Source: Mobula hypostoma
Taxonomy: Eukaryota
Direction: 5' to 3'
DNA length: 64,000 nucleotides
Assembly: GCF_963921235.1 (NCBI RefSeq)
Contig: NC_086118.1
Span: 22,694,001 to 22,758,000, forward strand
Position 1 is the stretch's first letter, and every line of letters starts with the position of its first letter. The translations under genes and the position numbers were made by a program. Positions 10,701 through 22,620 of the stretch are shown piece by piece. The notes below the pieces were generated by a model. It searched no databases, had not been told where the DNA came from, and worked only from the letters and a program-made list of their open reading frames with translations.

Positions 10701-11291
10701 AGCCGATATTAAAGTATAGCTGACCATAGAGAGAAAAAACTCAGAGGTAATGGAGCGAGTCAAGAACGCGACTTCACTCCATGAGCGCTACCGGAAGTCT
10801 CAGGAGGCTCAAATAATAAACATGATTCATTTTGTGAGATTGGTTTGTTTTCTTCCATCGCCATGAGAACACAATTTCCATTAGACATCAATTCTAATCC
10901 AGTAGATTAGATTTGAAAACTGATACCTAGAAATGGGAAGAATAAAAGTTGGATCAATTTTCACTTGTCAATTGGTCTCATTATAATTGCATGAGGTTTG
11001 GTTGGGGACTCGGCTGCACCTGAAACAACCTGCAGGGAGAATGCAGGATCATAACTGTGCCGTCAATGTGATATGACAGTCATAGGTGTGCTGAAAGAAG
11101 GGGGAGAAAAACAAGGAAATTTCCCTCTGGGTTGGGGGTAATTTAATGAGGATGTGGGGAGGGGTGAAGAGAGGCAGCATCGATTGGCAGTCAGACTCCA
11201 AGATATACAATCAGAGCTGGGAGCTGAGTAATGTTTATCTGGGAAATACATGATGAAACTTTGAAAATAGAGGGGAAAATAATTCAGAATA

Positions 11292-11700
11292 GAGAACATT
11301 GACTTCTCTAACTTCCGCTAATGCCCCACCTTCCCTTCGTACCCCATCCATTATTTATTCATTTATTATTATTTTTTTTTCTCTCTCCTTTTCCTCCCTC
11401 TGTCCCTCTCACTATACTCGTTGCCCATCCTCTGGGCTTCCCCTCCCCCTTTCTTTCTCCCTAGGCCTCCTGTCCCATGATCCTCTCATATTCCTTTTGC
11501 CAATCAACTGTCCAGATCCCTCCCCCTCCTGTCTTCTCCTATCATTTTGGATCTCCCCCTCCCCCTCTCACTTCCAAATCTCTTACTATCTCTTCTTTCA
11601 GTTAGTCCTGACGAAGGGTCTCAGCCCGAAACGTCGACTGAACCTCTTCCTATAGACGCTGCCTAGCCTGCTGTGTACACCAGCAATTTTTGTGTGTTGT
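11292..11700 (+). mobile_element. Penelope-like element 3' terminus
   Basis: Starts with the NIDFSNFR* C-terminal motif, then a pyrimidine-rich UTR and the terminal module ctgacgaagggtctcagcccgaaacgtcgac...ccagcaatttttgtgtgttg. Confidence 0.75.
11604..11639 (+). ncRNA. Minimal type I hammerhead ribozyme motif
   Basis: AGTC-CTGACGA-A-GGG(tctcag)CCC-GAAA-C-GTC-GACT: helix I AGTC/GACT, conserved core, helix II and GUC cleavage triplet; helix III absent. Confidence 0.7.
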
Positions 11701-11739
11701 CAGAATAGATGTGAAGGTTTTCTTTAAATGGTGACTTAT

Positions 11740-13770
11740 ACAATCAGTCCGCTTTATTAGGTGCACCTCTACACTTGCTTGTTAATGAAAATATCTAGTC
11801 AACCAATCATGTGGCAGCAGCTGTTATGTATTTATGTATATTTTGACCTTTATGGTTTGCTTTCAGGCTTCCCTACTTGAGATGGCATTCTGGGTAGATG
11901 ACTTACAAGTACCATAACCAGCTTCACATTTGTTCTTCACCTCTCCGTCTCTCGTGTGTGCTATTCACGGCCACCTGGCTTCCCAGTACCACAAACATAA
12001 CAACTGGCAACGAGGTGACAAGTCCTCACGTGACATTTATTGTTTTGTTCCCTTCGGCAAGAAAAGTCCATGTGCAACGCTGGTGGTGTGATGTGGGGTG
12101 AGCGAAGAGAAGGTGCCAAACACCGTAAGAAAATAGCTGCTGGAAACATGGTGAGTGAAGAATCCAAGGGAAGGGAATGGGAACGGATGGTTAAATAAAA
12201 TAAATAAGAGAGGGGGAGAGAGAGAGATGGATAAAACTAGTTAACTATTCTGGAATGTGATTGTGTTTGAAAATGGTGATAATGTTTGGAAGTAGGAGGC
12301 TGTATGGTGAAACAAACAGAGAAAGAAACTTCCACTGTACATTGTTAAAGGTGGTTATCTAGTGCTTCCGAGCCACTCGTGGCTGAAGTAGCATAAACTC
12401 AGCAGGCCAAAGTGCACTCGATTTGTGAAAGCACTGGTCTACAAGAGGTATTGAAGAAACGCATAGAAGTATTGAGCAGAGAACTGGGCAGAATGAACAG
12501 AATCTCCGTTACGCTGGCTGTTACCTCTGACACAAAACCCAAATGGTTGAAGGCAAGATCTGTTCCATATGCCCTCAAACCAAAGGTATAGGCTGAATTG
12601 GAAAGACTGGTCTAGACACAAACAAGTCTAGAGTATGATATTGGAATGGGTGTGCGTAAGTATATGAGCATCTCCAGTGGTTCCTGACCTAAAAAGGGAT
12701 GGGACCTTAAGGATTTGTGAAGACTTCATTAACCCAGTTCCTATGACTGATCAATACCCTCCTCCCCTCATTGATGACCTTTTTGTAGGATTGGTTAGAG
12801 GACAGAACAACATTTATCAAGATTGATTTGTGTCAAGTGTACTTGCAGATACATGTGGAGCCAAAGTCATGGAAACTGTTGACCATAGTGACTGTCAAAG
12901 GAATGTTCAGGTACCGAAGGCTTCTGTTTGACATCACCTCGGCTCCTGCACTTTTTCAGCAAATGGTGGATTAGGTCCTGTGCCGGTTGATGGGTGCGAT
13001 ATGATTTGGACGACTTGCTTGTTACTGAGAAAATAAGTGTGACCTCCTACAAAACAGGGACGCTACACTACAAAGACTCAAGGAATATGGGTGAAGGGTC
13101 CAGAAGGACAGGTGCATGTGACTTCAACCATCAAATGAATATTTGGACTATTTGATTGACAACCCAGGGCTTCACAAGGCACCAAAGGTGAAGGCAATCA
13201 TGGAACTTCCACCACCGCAGAATGTAAGTTAATTGAGATCATTCTTAGGTCTACTAACATACTATGTAATGATTGTTGCTAACCTAGCAAGCATGCTGAA
13301 ACCATTTCATGAACTTTTAAATAAATAATCACTCTGGCACTGGACAGATTGCTATGAAGAGTCTTTTTAAAAAAAAAGACCAAAGCAGCTCTGTCACAAC
13401 CTGAAGTACTCAGACACTTAAATGCCCTTACAGTTGCCCCACAACACTTCGCCCTATGGTGTGGGGGCAATCATCTCACACGTCAAGTGAAGAGTATCCA
13501 ATCACTTTTCCATTCAGGACATGGAGCAAAGCAGGACATGCCTTGTTAGTGAGAGAGGTCAGAGGAGAATGGCCCGACTAGTTCAAGCTGACAGGAAGAT
13601 GACAGTAGCTCAGGTAGCCATGCTATACAATGGAGGTGTGCAGAAGAGCATCTCTGAATGCATAATGTACCAAACCTAGAAGTGGATGAGCTACAGAAGA
13701 CCACGAGTGTACATTCAGTGGCCACTTTATTAGGTACAGGAGGTACCTAATAAAATGGCCACAGAATATA
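11740..13770 (+). mobile_element. Internally deleted Tc1-like element split by a Gypsy remnant
   Basis: Left end cagtccgctttattaggtg; right end acctaataaaatggccac. 13540-13700 encodes Tc1 HTH-like LVSERGQRRMARLVQADRKMTVAQVAMLYNGGVQKSISEC. Confidence 0.7.
11822..13535 (+). mobile_element. Degenerate Ty3/Gypsy (Mag-like) LTR retrotransposon: 5' LTR, PBS and pol remnants
   Basis: LTR TGTTATG(11822)...CATAACA(12002); PBS-like TGGCAACGAGG at 12005. Frameshifted pol pieces VPYALKPKV, DQYPPPLIDDLF, FIKIDL, FDITSAPALFQ, LDDLLVT, PPPQNVS*LRSFLGL, SPYGVGAIISH. Confidence 0.85.
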
Positions 13771-15899
13771 TTTATCATGCCTAGAAAGTGGATAGCCACA
13801 TTGGTATATTAAATACAGCATTTCTCCCTCACTCCCAATCAAGCAACTCCCAAAATTCATCAAACTGGTGAAAATCCTGGTAGATATTTTTAGGGTGATT
13901 TTACTGTTTCCATCAGTAAAATGCTTGTCGGCAGTTGTCTAGCTGAATATGCCTGCAAAGCTCTAAACACAGGCAAAACAATCATGTTGTTGAATTCCAC
14001 TACCTACGACAGCTAAAGCACTGTGGCAAAACAGTGCCATTCACGGAATGGTTGCCCTGTGCTACTCTGAGGGGCAGAATCTTCAAGGGGCTGGAATAAT
14101 GGCATCTTGCACTGGGGTACATTAAACAGAGATGTTGCAATCTTTGACATTGATGGTTGTCTAATGGAGCATAGAACATTAAAAAAAATCAGTTCATATA
14201 TTGAGCTCAAAGTTCAATGTAAATTTATTCAAGGTACATATACGTCACTATATACAACCCAGAGACTAATTTTCTTGTGGGCATAGTCAGCAAATCTATA
14301 GAACAGTAACTATAACACAGGATCAATGAAAGATCAAACAGAGTGCAGAAGATAACAAACTGTGCAAACGCAAAATGTAAATAGCAATAAATAATGAGAA
14401 CATGAGATAAAGAGTTCTTGAAAATGAAATCACTGGTTGTGGGAATGTTTCAATAATGGGACAACTGAAGTTGAGTGTAGTTATCCCCTTTTATTCAGAA
14501 GCCTGATGCTTGAGGGGTAGTAACTGTTATTGAACCTGGTGGTCTTCTTGTACCAGACAGAAGCTCTTGTTGCCTTCTACCTGATGGCAGCCATGAGAAG
14601 AGACACAACAGACTGCAGGTACAGGAATCTGGAACAACAAACAATCTGCTGGAGGAACTCTGCAGGTAAGGAGCAACATCTGAGGAGGAAAGGAATTGTC
14701 AATATTTCAGGTTCGAGTTCTAATGCAGGGCTTCATTCTGAAACATCAGCAACTTCTTTCCTGTCAAAGACGAAGACCTCAGATGGCACATTATTGCTCC
14801 TATTTTGGTCAACAAGGCAGGAAAGTTTATTGTGTATGTTAATAACATCATTACATTCGTGAATGAAGTTGGAGAAATGACAGAAGTGTGACATTAATAC
14901 TCCCAATGCGTGGCTTCATCAAACATAAACAATATTGTTTTAAAGCTTCCACAAATTGGATGCTGTGTGTTTTACATACAAATAAGGGTGCTTGAGTGCT
15001 TTAACTTCTGGACATTAAGTGGGTTGCATTTTATTCACCTGCTGCTTTTGATCCCTCTCTTAATCTTGAGTAATATCATCTTGCGTAGAGAGCATCAACG
15101 CTTCAGTTATCTGAGAATTTCAAACTGACCTGTATCTATTCTAAGGAAATCAAATAAAGAGGAAGAAGCTGGTGACCTTTACCCTATCGAGGCTCAAGAG
15201 CTTAGACTTCTGCCTCCATTTTTAACAGAGCTGATAAAATATTAAAGCTGTAAATAGAATTTTAAAAAAAGGGTTTTGAGCCTCAGGCTATCCCAGGATT
15301 AGATTTGACCAGGCACTGGAATTCTGCTCATAAAATGAGTTAACTCTTTCTTTTCCATGATACTGTTACTGTTATCTAGGTGACAAAAATATACTAATAG
15401 AATTCCCTTTTGTTATTTAATACTGCAGCGGTAGCATACTGCACGATTCAAGTTTTAGTTTTTTTTGTTTTGACAGACTCATCACTACTGCTCACAGGGT
15501 GTGTACAAAATTGGGGATAGAGGTGCTAACATAATTCATTTTAAACCAGCATGGCAAAATGTAACATGAGCCAAATCAATGTTTCAAATGTAAATGATAG
15601 AATTTAGAGAGGAACAGACTGATATCGCCTTAAATAATTACTGAGAATAAAGAGAGCAGAAACTGATCATTTTTGAAAAAGAAAGTGGTATTCATGGAAA
15701 AGGAAAAAACAGTGAATAGCAATCAGTATAATTAAAAAGTAGAAGATTTAAAAGGAAAAGCTCTTTGCAGTAGCTGTCAGTTAAAGTGTATGTATTTTCT
15801 TCAGATGGTTTACAGTTTTGCAAGTAATAAACCAAAAATCTAATCCAGTCAAAAAGGACAAACTCTAAGCTGGAAATATCAAGTGTTGCCCAGTCAATT

Positions 15900-16730
15900 C
15901 AGAGTGGCAACAACACCACAAGGCTGTGTGCTTAGTTCCCTGCTCTACTCGCATTGGACTTGTGTATAAAGCGAGGCTAAGTACAGCTCCAATGCCATAT
16001 TGAAGTCTGCCGATGATACGACTGTTGTTGGCTGAGTGAAGGGTGGTGGCAAATCAGCATATGGGAAGGAGATTCAAATCCGGCAGAATGGTGCCAGAAT
16101 AAGAATCTCTCACTCAATGTCAACAAAACCAAATAGCTGATTATTTACGACAGGAGGATGAAACCAGAGGTCAATGAACCAGTTCTAGTCAGGGAATCAG
16201 AGTTGGAGAAGGTCAGTAAGTATAGATTCCTTGGCGTTATCATTTCAGAGGATCTGTCTGAGGTCAGTACACAAGTGCCATTACAAAGGAGATACAGCAG
16301 TACCTCTACTTTCTCAGAGGTTTGCTCAGAATTAGAATCAAATCTAAAATTTTGGCCAGCTTCCATAGGTGCACAATGGAATGTGTACTCACTGGTTACA
16401 TCATGGCCTGGTATGGAAACACCAATGCTCAAGAACAGAAAAATCCACAAAAAGTAGTGAATACAGCTCAATCTATCACAGGTAAAGCCCCAACCACCAT
16501 TGAGCGCGTCTACAAGGAATGCTGTCGCAGGAAAGCAGCATCCATCATCGAGGAGCTCCACCATCCAGGCCACGCTCTCTTCTCACTGCTGCCATCAGGA
16601 AAGAGGTATAGGACCTTTCGTTCCCACAACATCAGACTCCTGGATCCAGGGTGGATAACTTCACGCACCCCAACACTGAACTGATTGCACAAACCAAGAA
16701 CTCACTTTCAAGGGCTCTACATCTTGCGCT
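15900..16730 (+). mobile_element. Rex1/Rex-Babar LINE 3' fragment (degenerate)
   Basis: CVLSSLLYS, KSADDT, YRFLGVIISEDL and HPGHALFSLLPSGKRYR motifs. Confidence 0.85.
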
Positions 16731-17219
16731 CTTTCTCTTAAAATATATAACACGATAAAAACCAAAATATCCTCCATCTTCATCCAATGTATGTCTTGAG
16801 GCCACATTCTGTATTAGTTATGTAAAGAAGCATCAAGCAAATAAACATCATGGTTCTTTCTGATAATTAATATTTACCAGTAACCATTTTAAAATTACTA
16901 TTCACCTTATCACAATAGTTCTATCAACTCTGAAGAAGATGTCTTGTTTTCTCCTTACTCAATTGGAAGGTAATGCCATCTGCACCAAAGCAAAATGGAA
17001 GGCCTGTTTGGCATGTAAGACTTTTTCAGATCTTTACACCATCTGAATATCCACTGTGAAAGGAACTAAGCAGCAATGCAAAGCTTTATGCGATTCAATT
17101 TAAGCAGTTTTAGATCAAAGCTCAGCATACATCCAATAACCTGTTTTTGAGGCTTCATTCAGCCTGATTGTCAGAACAGAAAAGCACAGCAGAAAGTGAG
17201 TGCATGAGGTGCAATGCCA

Positions 17220-18405
17220 AGTTTTTAAGTTCACTGATGACACCCTGTTTTGGGTCAAATCAAAGGTAGTGACAAATCAGCAAATTGGAGGGAGATAGAA
17301 AATCTGGTTGAGTACAAAGTAAATTTATTATCAAAGTACATATATGTCACCTTATATAACCCTGAGATTCATTTTCTTGTGGGCATACTCAATAAATCCA
17401 TAATAGAATTAATGAAAATGCACCAACTTGGGCATTCAACCAGTGTGCAGAAGACAAAAACTGTGTAAGTACAAAAAGGAAGTAATAATAAATAAATAAG
17501 CAATAAATAAGAGATAAAGAGTTCCTGAAAGTGAGTCCATAGGTTATGGGAACATTTCATTGATGAAGTGGGAGTGAAGTTATCCCCTTTGGTTCAAGAG
17601 CCGGGTATTCGAGGGGTAACAACAACTATTACTCCCTCAACATCAGCAAAACCAAAGAGGTGATTATCCAATTACAGGAGGAAGAAGTCAGAGGTCCAGG
17701 AGCCAGTCATCAGAAGATTGAAGAAGGAGAGGGTCAGCAGCTTTAAATTCCTTCGCATTACCATGTCAGAGGATTTATCCCGGGACTAACGCATCAGTGC
17801 CACCACGAAGAAGACGTGATGGTATTTCTTAAATGTTTATATAGATTTGAAATGTCACCAAAAACTTTGATAAACTTCTGTAGATGTACAGTGGTGAGTA
17901 TCTGAACTGGTAGCATCACAGCCTAGTATGGAGATACCAATGCCCAGGAATGGAAAAGACCACACAGAGAGGTGGATATCGTCCAGTGCTTCACAGCAAA
18001 ATCCTCTCCACCACTGAGTAAATTTACATGGAGTGTGCTGCCACAAGGAAGCAGCATACATCATCAAAGGCCACCCAGACAATGTTCTTTTCTCACTGCT
18101 ATCATTGGGCAGGAGGTACAGAAGCCTTAGGAGCCCCACCACCAGGTTCAGGAATACTTATTACCTTACAACCATCAAGCTTCTGAACCAGCATGAATAA
18201 CTTCACTCACCTCAACTCTGGACTGATTCCATAGCCTACACTCACAATCAAGAACTATTTTCAACTCATGTTCTCAGTGCATTTTTAAAATTTGCACTCT
18301 TTGTCTTCTTTTGCACATTGTTTGCTTATCAGTTTTCTGTAGTAAATTCTATTATTTCTTTATCTTACTGTAAATGCAAGAAAATGAATCCTCAGGTAGT
18401 ATACA
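17220..18405 (+). mobile_element. Rex1-type LINE 3' fragment containing an opposite-orientation Rex 3' end (about 17310-17620)
   Basis: FKFTDDT and FSLLSLGRRYRSL motifs. The internal inverted piece matches the Rex 3' UTRs at 14210-14600 and 44935-45480. Confidence 0.75.
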
Positions 18406-18407
18406 TT

Positions 18408-18801
18408 ATCTGATTGAAACGTATAAGATCCTAAAGGGATTGGACAGGCTAGATGCAGGAAGATTGTTCCCGATGTTGGGGAAGTCCAGAATGAGGGGTC
18501 ACAGTTTGAGGATAGAGGGGAAGCCTTTTAGGACCGAGATTAGGAAAAACTTCTTCACACAGAGAGTGGTGAATCTGTGGAATTCTCTGCCACAGGAAAC
18601 TGTTGAGGCCAGTTCATTGGCTATATTTAAGAGGGAGTTAGATATGGCCCTTGTGGCTACGGGGGTCAGGGGGTATGGAGGGAAGGCTGGGGCGGGGTTC
18701 TGAGTTGGATGATCAGCCATGATCATAATAAATGGCGGTGCAGGCTCGAAGGGCCGAATGGCCTACTCCTGCACCTATTTTCTATGTTTCTATGTTTCTA
18801 T
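18408..18801 (+). mobile_element. CR1 LINE 3' end, young family
   Basis: LIETYKILKGLDRLDAGRLFP...FFTQRVVNLWNSLP and (TTTCTATG)n tail; nearly identical to the reverse complement of 33888-34280. Confidence 0.92.
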
Positions 18802-19268
18802 ATCCTGTACTGGTTTGATAATGTACTTTATTTTGACTTTTGAACTTCGGAATTGATCCAATAGACTCATCAATCTGCCAGCCATGCACCAGGAGACTGT
18901 GATCTCTGTACATCAGTGAGGTGGTTCTCCTGAGATTTTCTGGACCAGTCATGGGTTAGTGCAGTGTCTGTTAAGGATGTAAAGGAGGGGATGATGGTCA
19001 ACGGTCATGAAGAGAGTCGGGTGGACTGCTTCACTGTTGTGACAGCTGCCGACAATTGGAGAGCAGAGGAAAAGACAGATAGGTGGTTGCAGAGGGAATG
19101 CAGGGATCAAGAAGGAAAGGAAGTGTGAAGGGGCAAGGAGTTGAGAGGGAATAGGATGAAGGAAGATAGACTGAGTGAAGCAATTAGAGGAAGGGCACAG
19201 AGGTAGGGAGACAGTCTGGACTGAGGGGAAGAAACAGTGAGAGGCTGAAGAAAAGGCTGGAGATGGGA

Positions 19269-19296
19269 GTGTGTGTGTGTGTGTGTGTGTGTGTGT
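19269..19296. repeat. (GT)n microsatellite
   Basis: Uninterrupted GT run. Confidence 0.95.
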
Positions 19297-19669
19297 CTCA
19301 GAGAGTCCGCCTGCAACCAGTTTCCTCAGCAAGGCTTGTACTCCTATTGCATTGATTCTCCTTAACACTGAGCCAAGACCTTACTTAGTTAAGACTATTT
19401 GGTAGCTAGTGTAGAGCAGCCACCTCAGAATTAAAGAATTGAAGCAACAGGAATCGTCCAGTCCTTAGAATTGAAGTGGAAGCAAGTCATCATTTATTCC
19501 CAGTGACTGACTCAGAAGCAGATGTAGAAGACTGTGCAGTATTGTATAATTACTGATAAATTAATAATTGCCAAGCATATGATCTTTCCAGAATTAAACA
19601 TTATTCCGTTCAAGGTGACACAGCAGCACAGCTAGGAGAGCCACTGCCTCATAGCAGCGGATAGCTAAT

Positions 19670-20150
19670 ACATAAAAAAAAACTATAAATTACAGTAATA
19701 AATATACATATGTATAGAGCAAAAGAGTAAATAAAAATAGTGAGGGAGTGTTCGTGGGTTAGTTCACTGTCCATTCAGAAATCTGATGGTGGAGGGAGGA
19801 GAAAAGCTTTTCATCATATTAAATGTCTGTCTTCAGGCTCCTGTACCACCGCCTTGATGCTAGCAATGAGAAGAGGACATGTCCTGGGTGCTGGAGGTCC
19901 TCGATGATGGATGCAGCCTTTTTGAGGCATCGCCTTTTGAAGATGTTCTTGATGCTGGCTGGCTAGAACCCATGGTGGAGCTGGTTGAGTTTGCAACACT
20001 CTGCAGCCTTTTTCCGATCCTGTGCAGTAGCCCCTCCAGATCGACATTGATGCGACCGGCTAGAATGCACCTTACATTTGTAGAAATTTGCCAGAGTCTT
20101 TGGTGACATACCAAATCTCCTCAAATTCCTAATGAAATGTAGCTCATTTT
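19670..20150 (-). mobile_element. Rex1-type LINE 3' fragment
   Basis: Minus-strand KRLQSVANSTSSTMG and AASII-EDLQHPGHVLFSLL-type motifs. Confidence 0.75.
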
Positions 20151-20169
20151 GTGCCGCCTTTGTCTTTTA

Positions 20170-20415
20170 GTAATAGACCAAGACAATTGTGCTGCTCCAA
20201 AGTGCCCTACATGAGGTCATTCTTGCCCTCAGCCATTGGGCCCTATAATGGGTCAGCCTATAGCCAGGGAAGTGATGACCCCCCCCCCCCTCCTGCTGGA
20301 CAGTTTGAAAACACTTTTTTAAAATTCTTTCTTACTTTTCTAATGTTTGTATATCTGTGCTCTTGTAATGCTGCTGTGATACCTTTGGGGTCAATAAAGT
20401 ATCTATCTATATATC
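20170..20415 (+). mobile_element. Rex-Babar-type LINE extreme 3' end with (CTAT)n tail
   Basis: CSKVPYMRSFLPSAIGPYN, then AATAAAG-tatctatct. Confidence 0.6.
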
Positions 20416-20509
20416 TACATCAATATTTTGGGCCCAAGGCAGATTTTCGAGGATTCTTTTTGTGTCTTCATTTCATTTTGCTTCTTGATGTAGTAATTTT
20501 TCTTTTTGT

Positions 20510-20920
20510 TTATATCTGTTTGAATGAACAAAAAGACCTTGTATTCCATCCGGGCACCCTCCAGCCTGATGGCATGAAAATAAATTTCTCCTTCTGGTGA
20601 ACAAATTTCTACTCCTGCCCTTCCACTATTTCCCATTCTAACCTTACACTTCTTCTCATCTGGGTCCCATCCTCCTTCCCTTTCTCCAACTGTCCACTGT
20701 CCTCTCCTGTCAGATTCTTGCTTCTCCTGCCCTTGATCTTTCCTACCCACCTGGCTTTACCTATCACCTTCCAGCTAGCCTCTTTTATCCTCTCCCTACC
20801 TTTCAATTCAGACATCTTTCCTCTTCCTTTTGCTCCTGAAGGAAGATCTCTGCCCAAAATGTCAACTGTTTTCTCTTTTCCATTGATGAACTGCTGAGAT
20901 CCTTCAGCATTGTGTGTTTC
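20510..20920 (+). mobile_element. Penelope-like element 3' terminus
   Basis: EQKDLVFHPGTLQPDGMKINFS (PLE C-terminus), pyrimidine-rich UTR, degenerate hammerhead module at about 20835-20870. Confidence 0.75.
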
Positions 20921-21544
20921 TGTGACACTTCACTGAAATGGTTAATTTTCAGGCAGAGGTGTTGGAGGCTATTTGGCCATTAGCACATCAGAGCCGGACC
21001 GTACTCTTGCCTTGCATTTGTATAAATCTAATTCAATGTGCAATCGTCAAGGCCTTCTGATACGTTTTTCTTACCAATTTGGTGTCCCCATTCTCCACCC
21101 TATCTGATTCAGAAGAAATTTGTACCAGCTTTATAAAGTCATCCAACTCAACAAAGACCTGGCAAAAGAAATGCAAAGTTGCTAACTATCTGCCTAACCT
21201 GGCTACTAATTAAGCTGGAAGTCAACCATTCTGCTTATATGAGCCTATCTTCTGAGATTAATGAGGTCGCCTGCTTACTGATAAATCTTTTTGATAAATC
21301 TTACCTGCACATTTAATCATTCTTCCTCCCATCATTATTTCCCTCCCTTCACTTCCTACCAGCATCTTCACAGATATCTTCAAGATAGAGCTGCTTCTGA
21401 AGGCTTTTATTTATTTCCCTGGTTCATTTCAATTAGGTTAGCACAAAGAGGAAGGAAGAAAACTGAGTGGTCAAAAAGGTTTTTCAAAATAATTTCAGGA
21501 GATTCTATCTGCTCAACTCTGTTCCCTCAGTAAAGTTGATGCTG

Positions 21545-22620
21545 GCAAAAGTCAGGAAATCCTTTCAGGAGGGAAAAACAAAATGTATCCATTCCATCAT
21601 CAAAAATGCTCAGGATTTGTCATGTCCAATACATAAGAGTAAAGGAGAACAAAATAATTGTGACTCCAGATTCAATGCAGCACGAAAACCACACAATAAG
21701 ATAAAGAACACAGTAATAAAAAAACACAATAATATAGATACATAAGATAGCTTATATACACTGATTGTATGTCCATAAAGCGATGCTAGGCACAGCACTG
21801 TCTGTACATAACGTGATTGAAAGGAAATGACAAAATAGTCGTGGTTGGGGGTGTGGAGGGGTGGGTTCGAGGGTCGAAGTGATGATCAGCACACACGAAA
21901 ATGCTGGAGGAACTCAGCAGCACAGGCAGCATTGATAGAAAAGAGTAAACTGTCAACGTTTCAGGCCACAAAACTTCATCAGGACTCCTGCTGAAGGGTT
22001 TTGGCCCGAAACATCGACTGTTTACTTTTTTCCATAAATGCTGCCAGGCCTGCTGAGTTCCTCCTACATTTTTGTGTGTGTTGCATGGATTTCCAGCACC
22101 TGCAGGTTTTCTCAAATTCATGGAGGTGTTGATCAGCTTTACTGCTTTGGGAAAGTAATGGATTTTGATTCTGTTGGTCCTGGCGTAGCCTCCTTCCTGA
22201 TGGGAGTGCAATAAACAGTCCGCGAACAGGGTGGGTGGGAACCTTATGAGGTTACTGGCCCTTTTCCGGCACCTTTCTGTATATATGTCCTTAATGGCGG
22301 GTAGGTAGGAGCTGATGATGTATTGGGCAGTTTTAACTACCTATTGAAGAGTCTTCCTGTCTGCCATCGTGCAATTTCCACACCATACAGCTTGTTTCAC
22401 CAGTGCCATCTCAAACAGGAAGATCTTCTGCTGAGGATGATGGGGAGGGAGATGCAGTCATCCATCCTGAGTATCTGAGGTCTGTTTGTGAGGGAGTCCA
22501 ACACCCAGATGCACAGTGGAGTATTTACTAAGGAGTAGTAGTCTTTTTAATAAGCTCAGTGGGACAATAGTGTAGAACGCCAAAAGGAAATTCAGAAACA
22601 GGAAACTGACAAAGAATCAG
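21545..22620 (-). mobile_element. Rex1-type LINE 3' fragment interrupted by a palindromic Penelope-derived insert
   Basis: Minus-strand ARTNRIKIHYFPKAVKLIN motif; upstream RT-like pieces around 22450-22610. Confidence 0.6.
21890..22110. mobile_element. Palindromic Penelope-terminus mini-element (about 95-bp arms, centre 21985)
   Basis: acacacgaaaatgctggaggaactcagcag...cttcatcagga-c-tcctgctgaaggg...ctgctgagttcctcctacatttttgtgtgt. Confidence 0.8.

Larger units (their letters stand above)
4953..10800 (-). mobile_element. Full-length L1-clade LINE, apparently intact and young
   Basis: Perfect TSD CAGGAGGCTC at 4943-4952 and 10801-10810. Sense 5' end AGACTTCCGGTAGCGC. Two uninterrupted ORFs. AATAAA (plus-strand tttatt 4978-4983) followed by an A/GAAA tail at 4953-4970. 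Confidence 0.97.
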
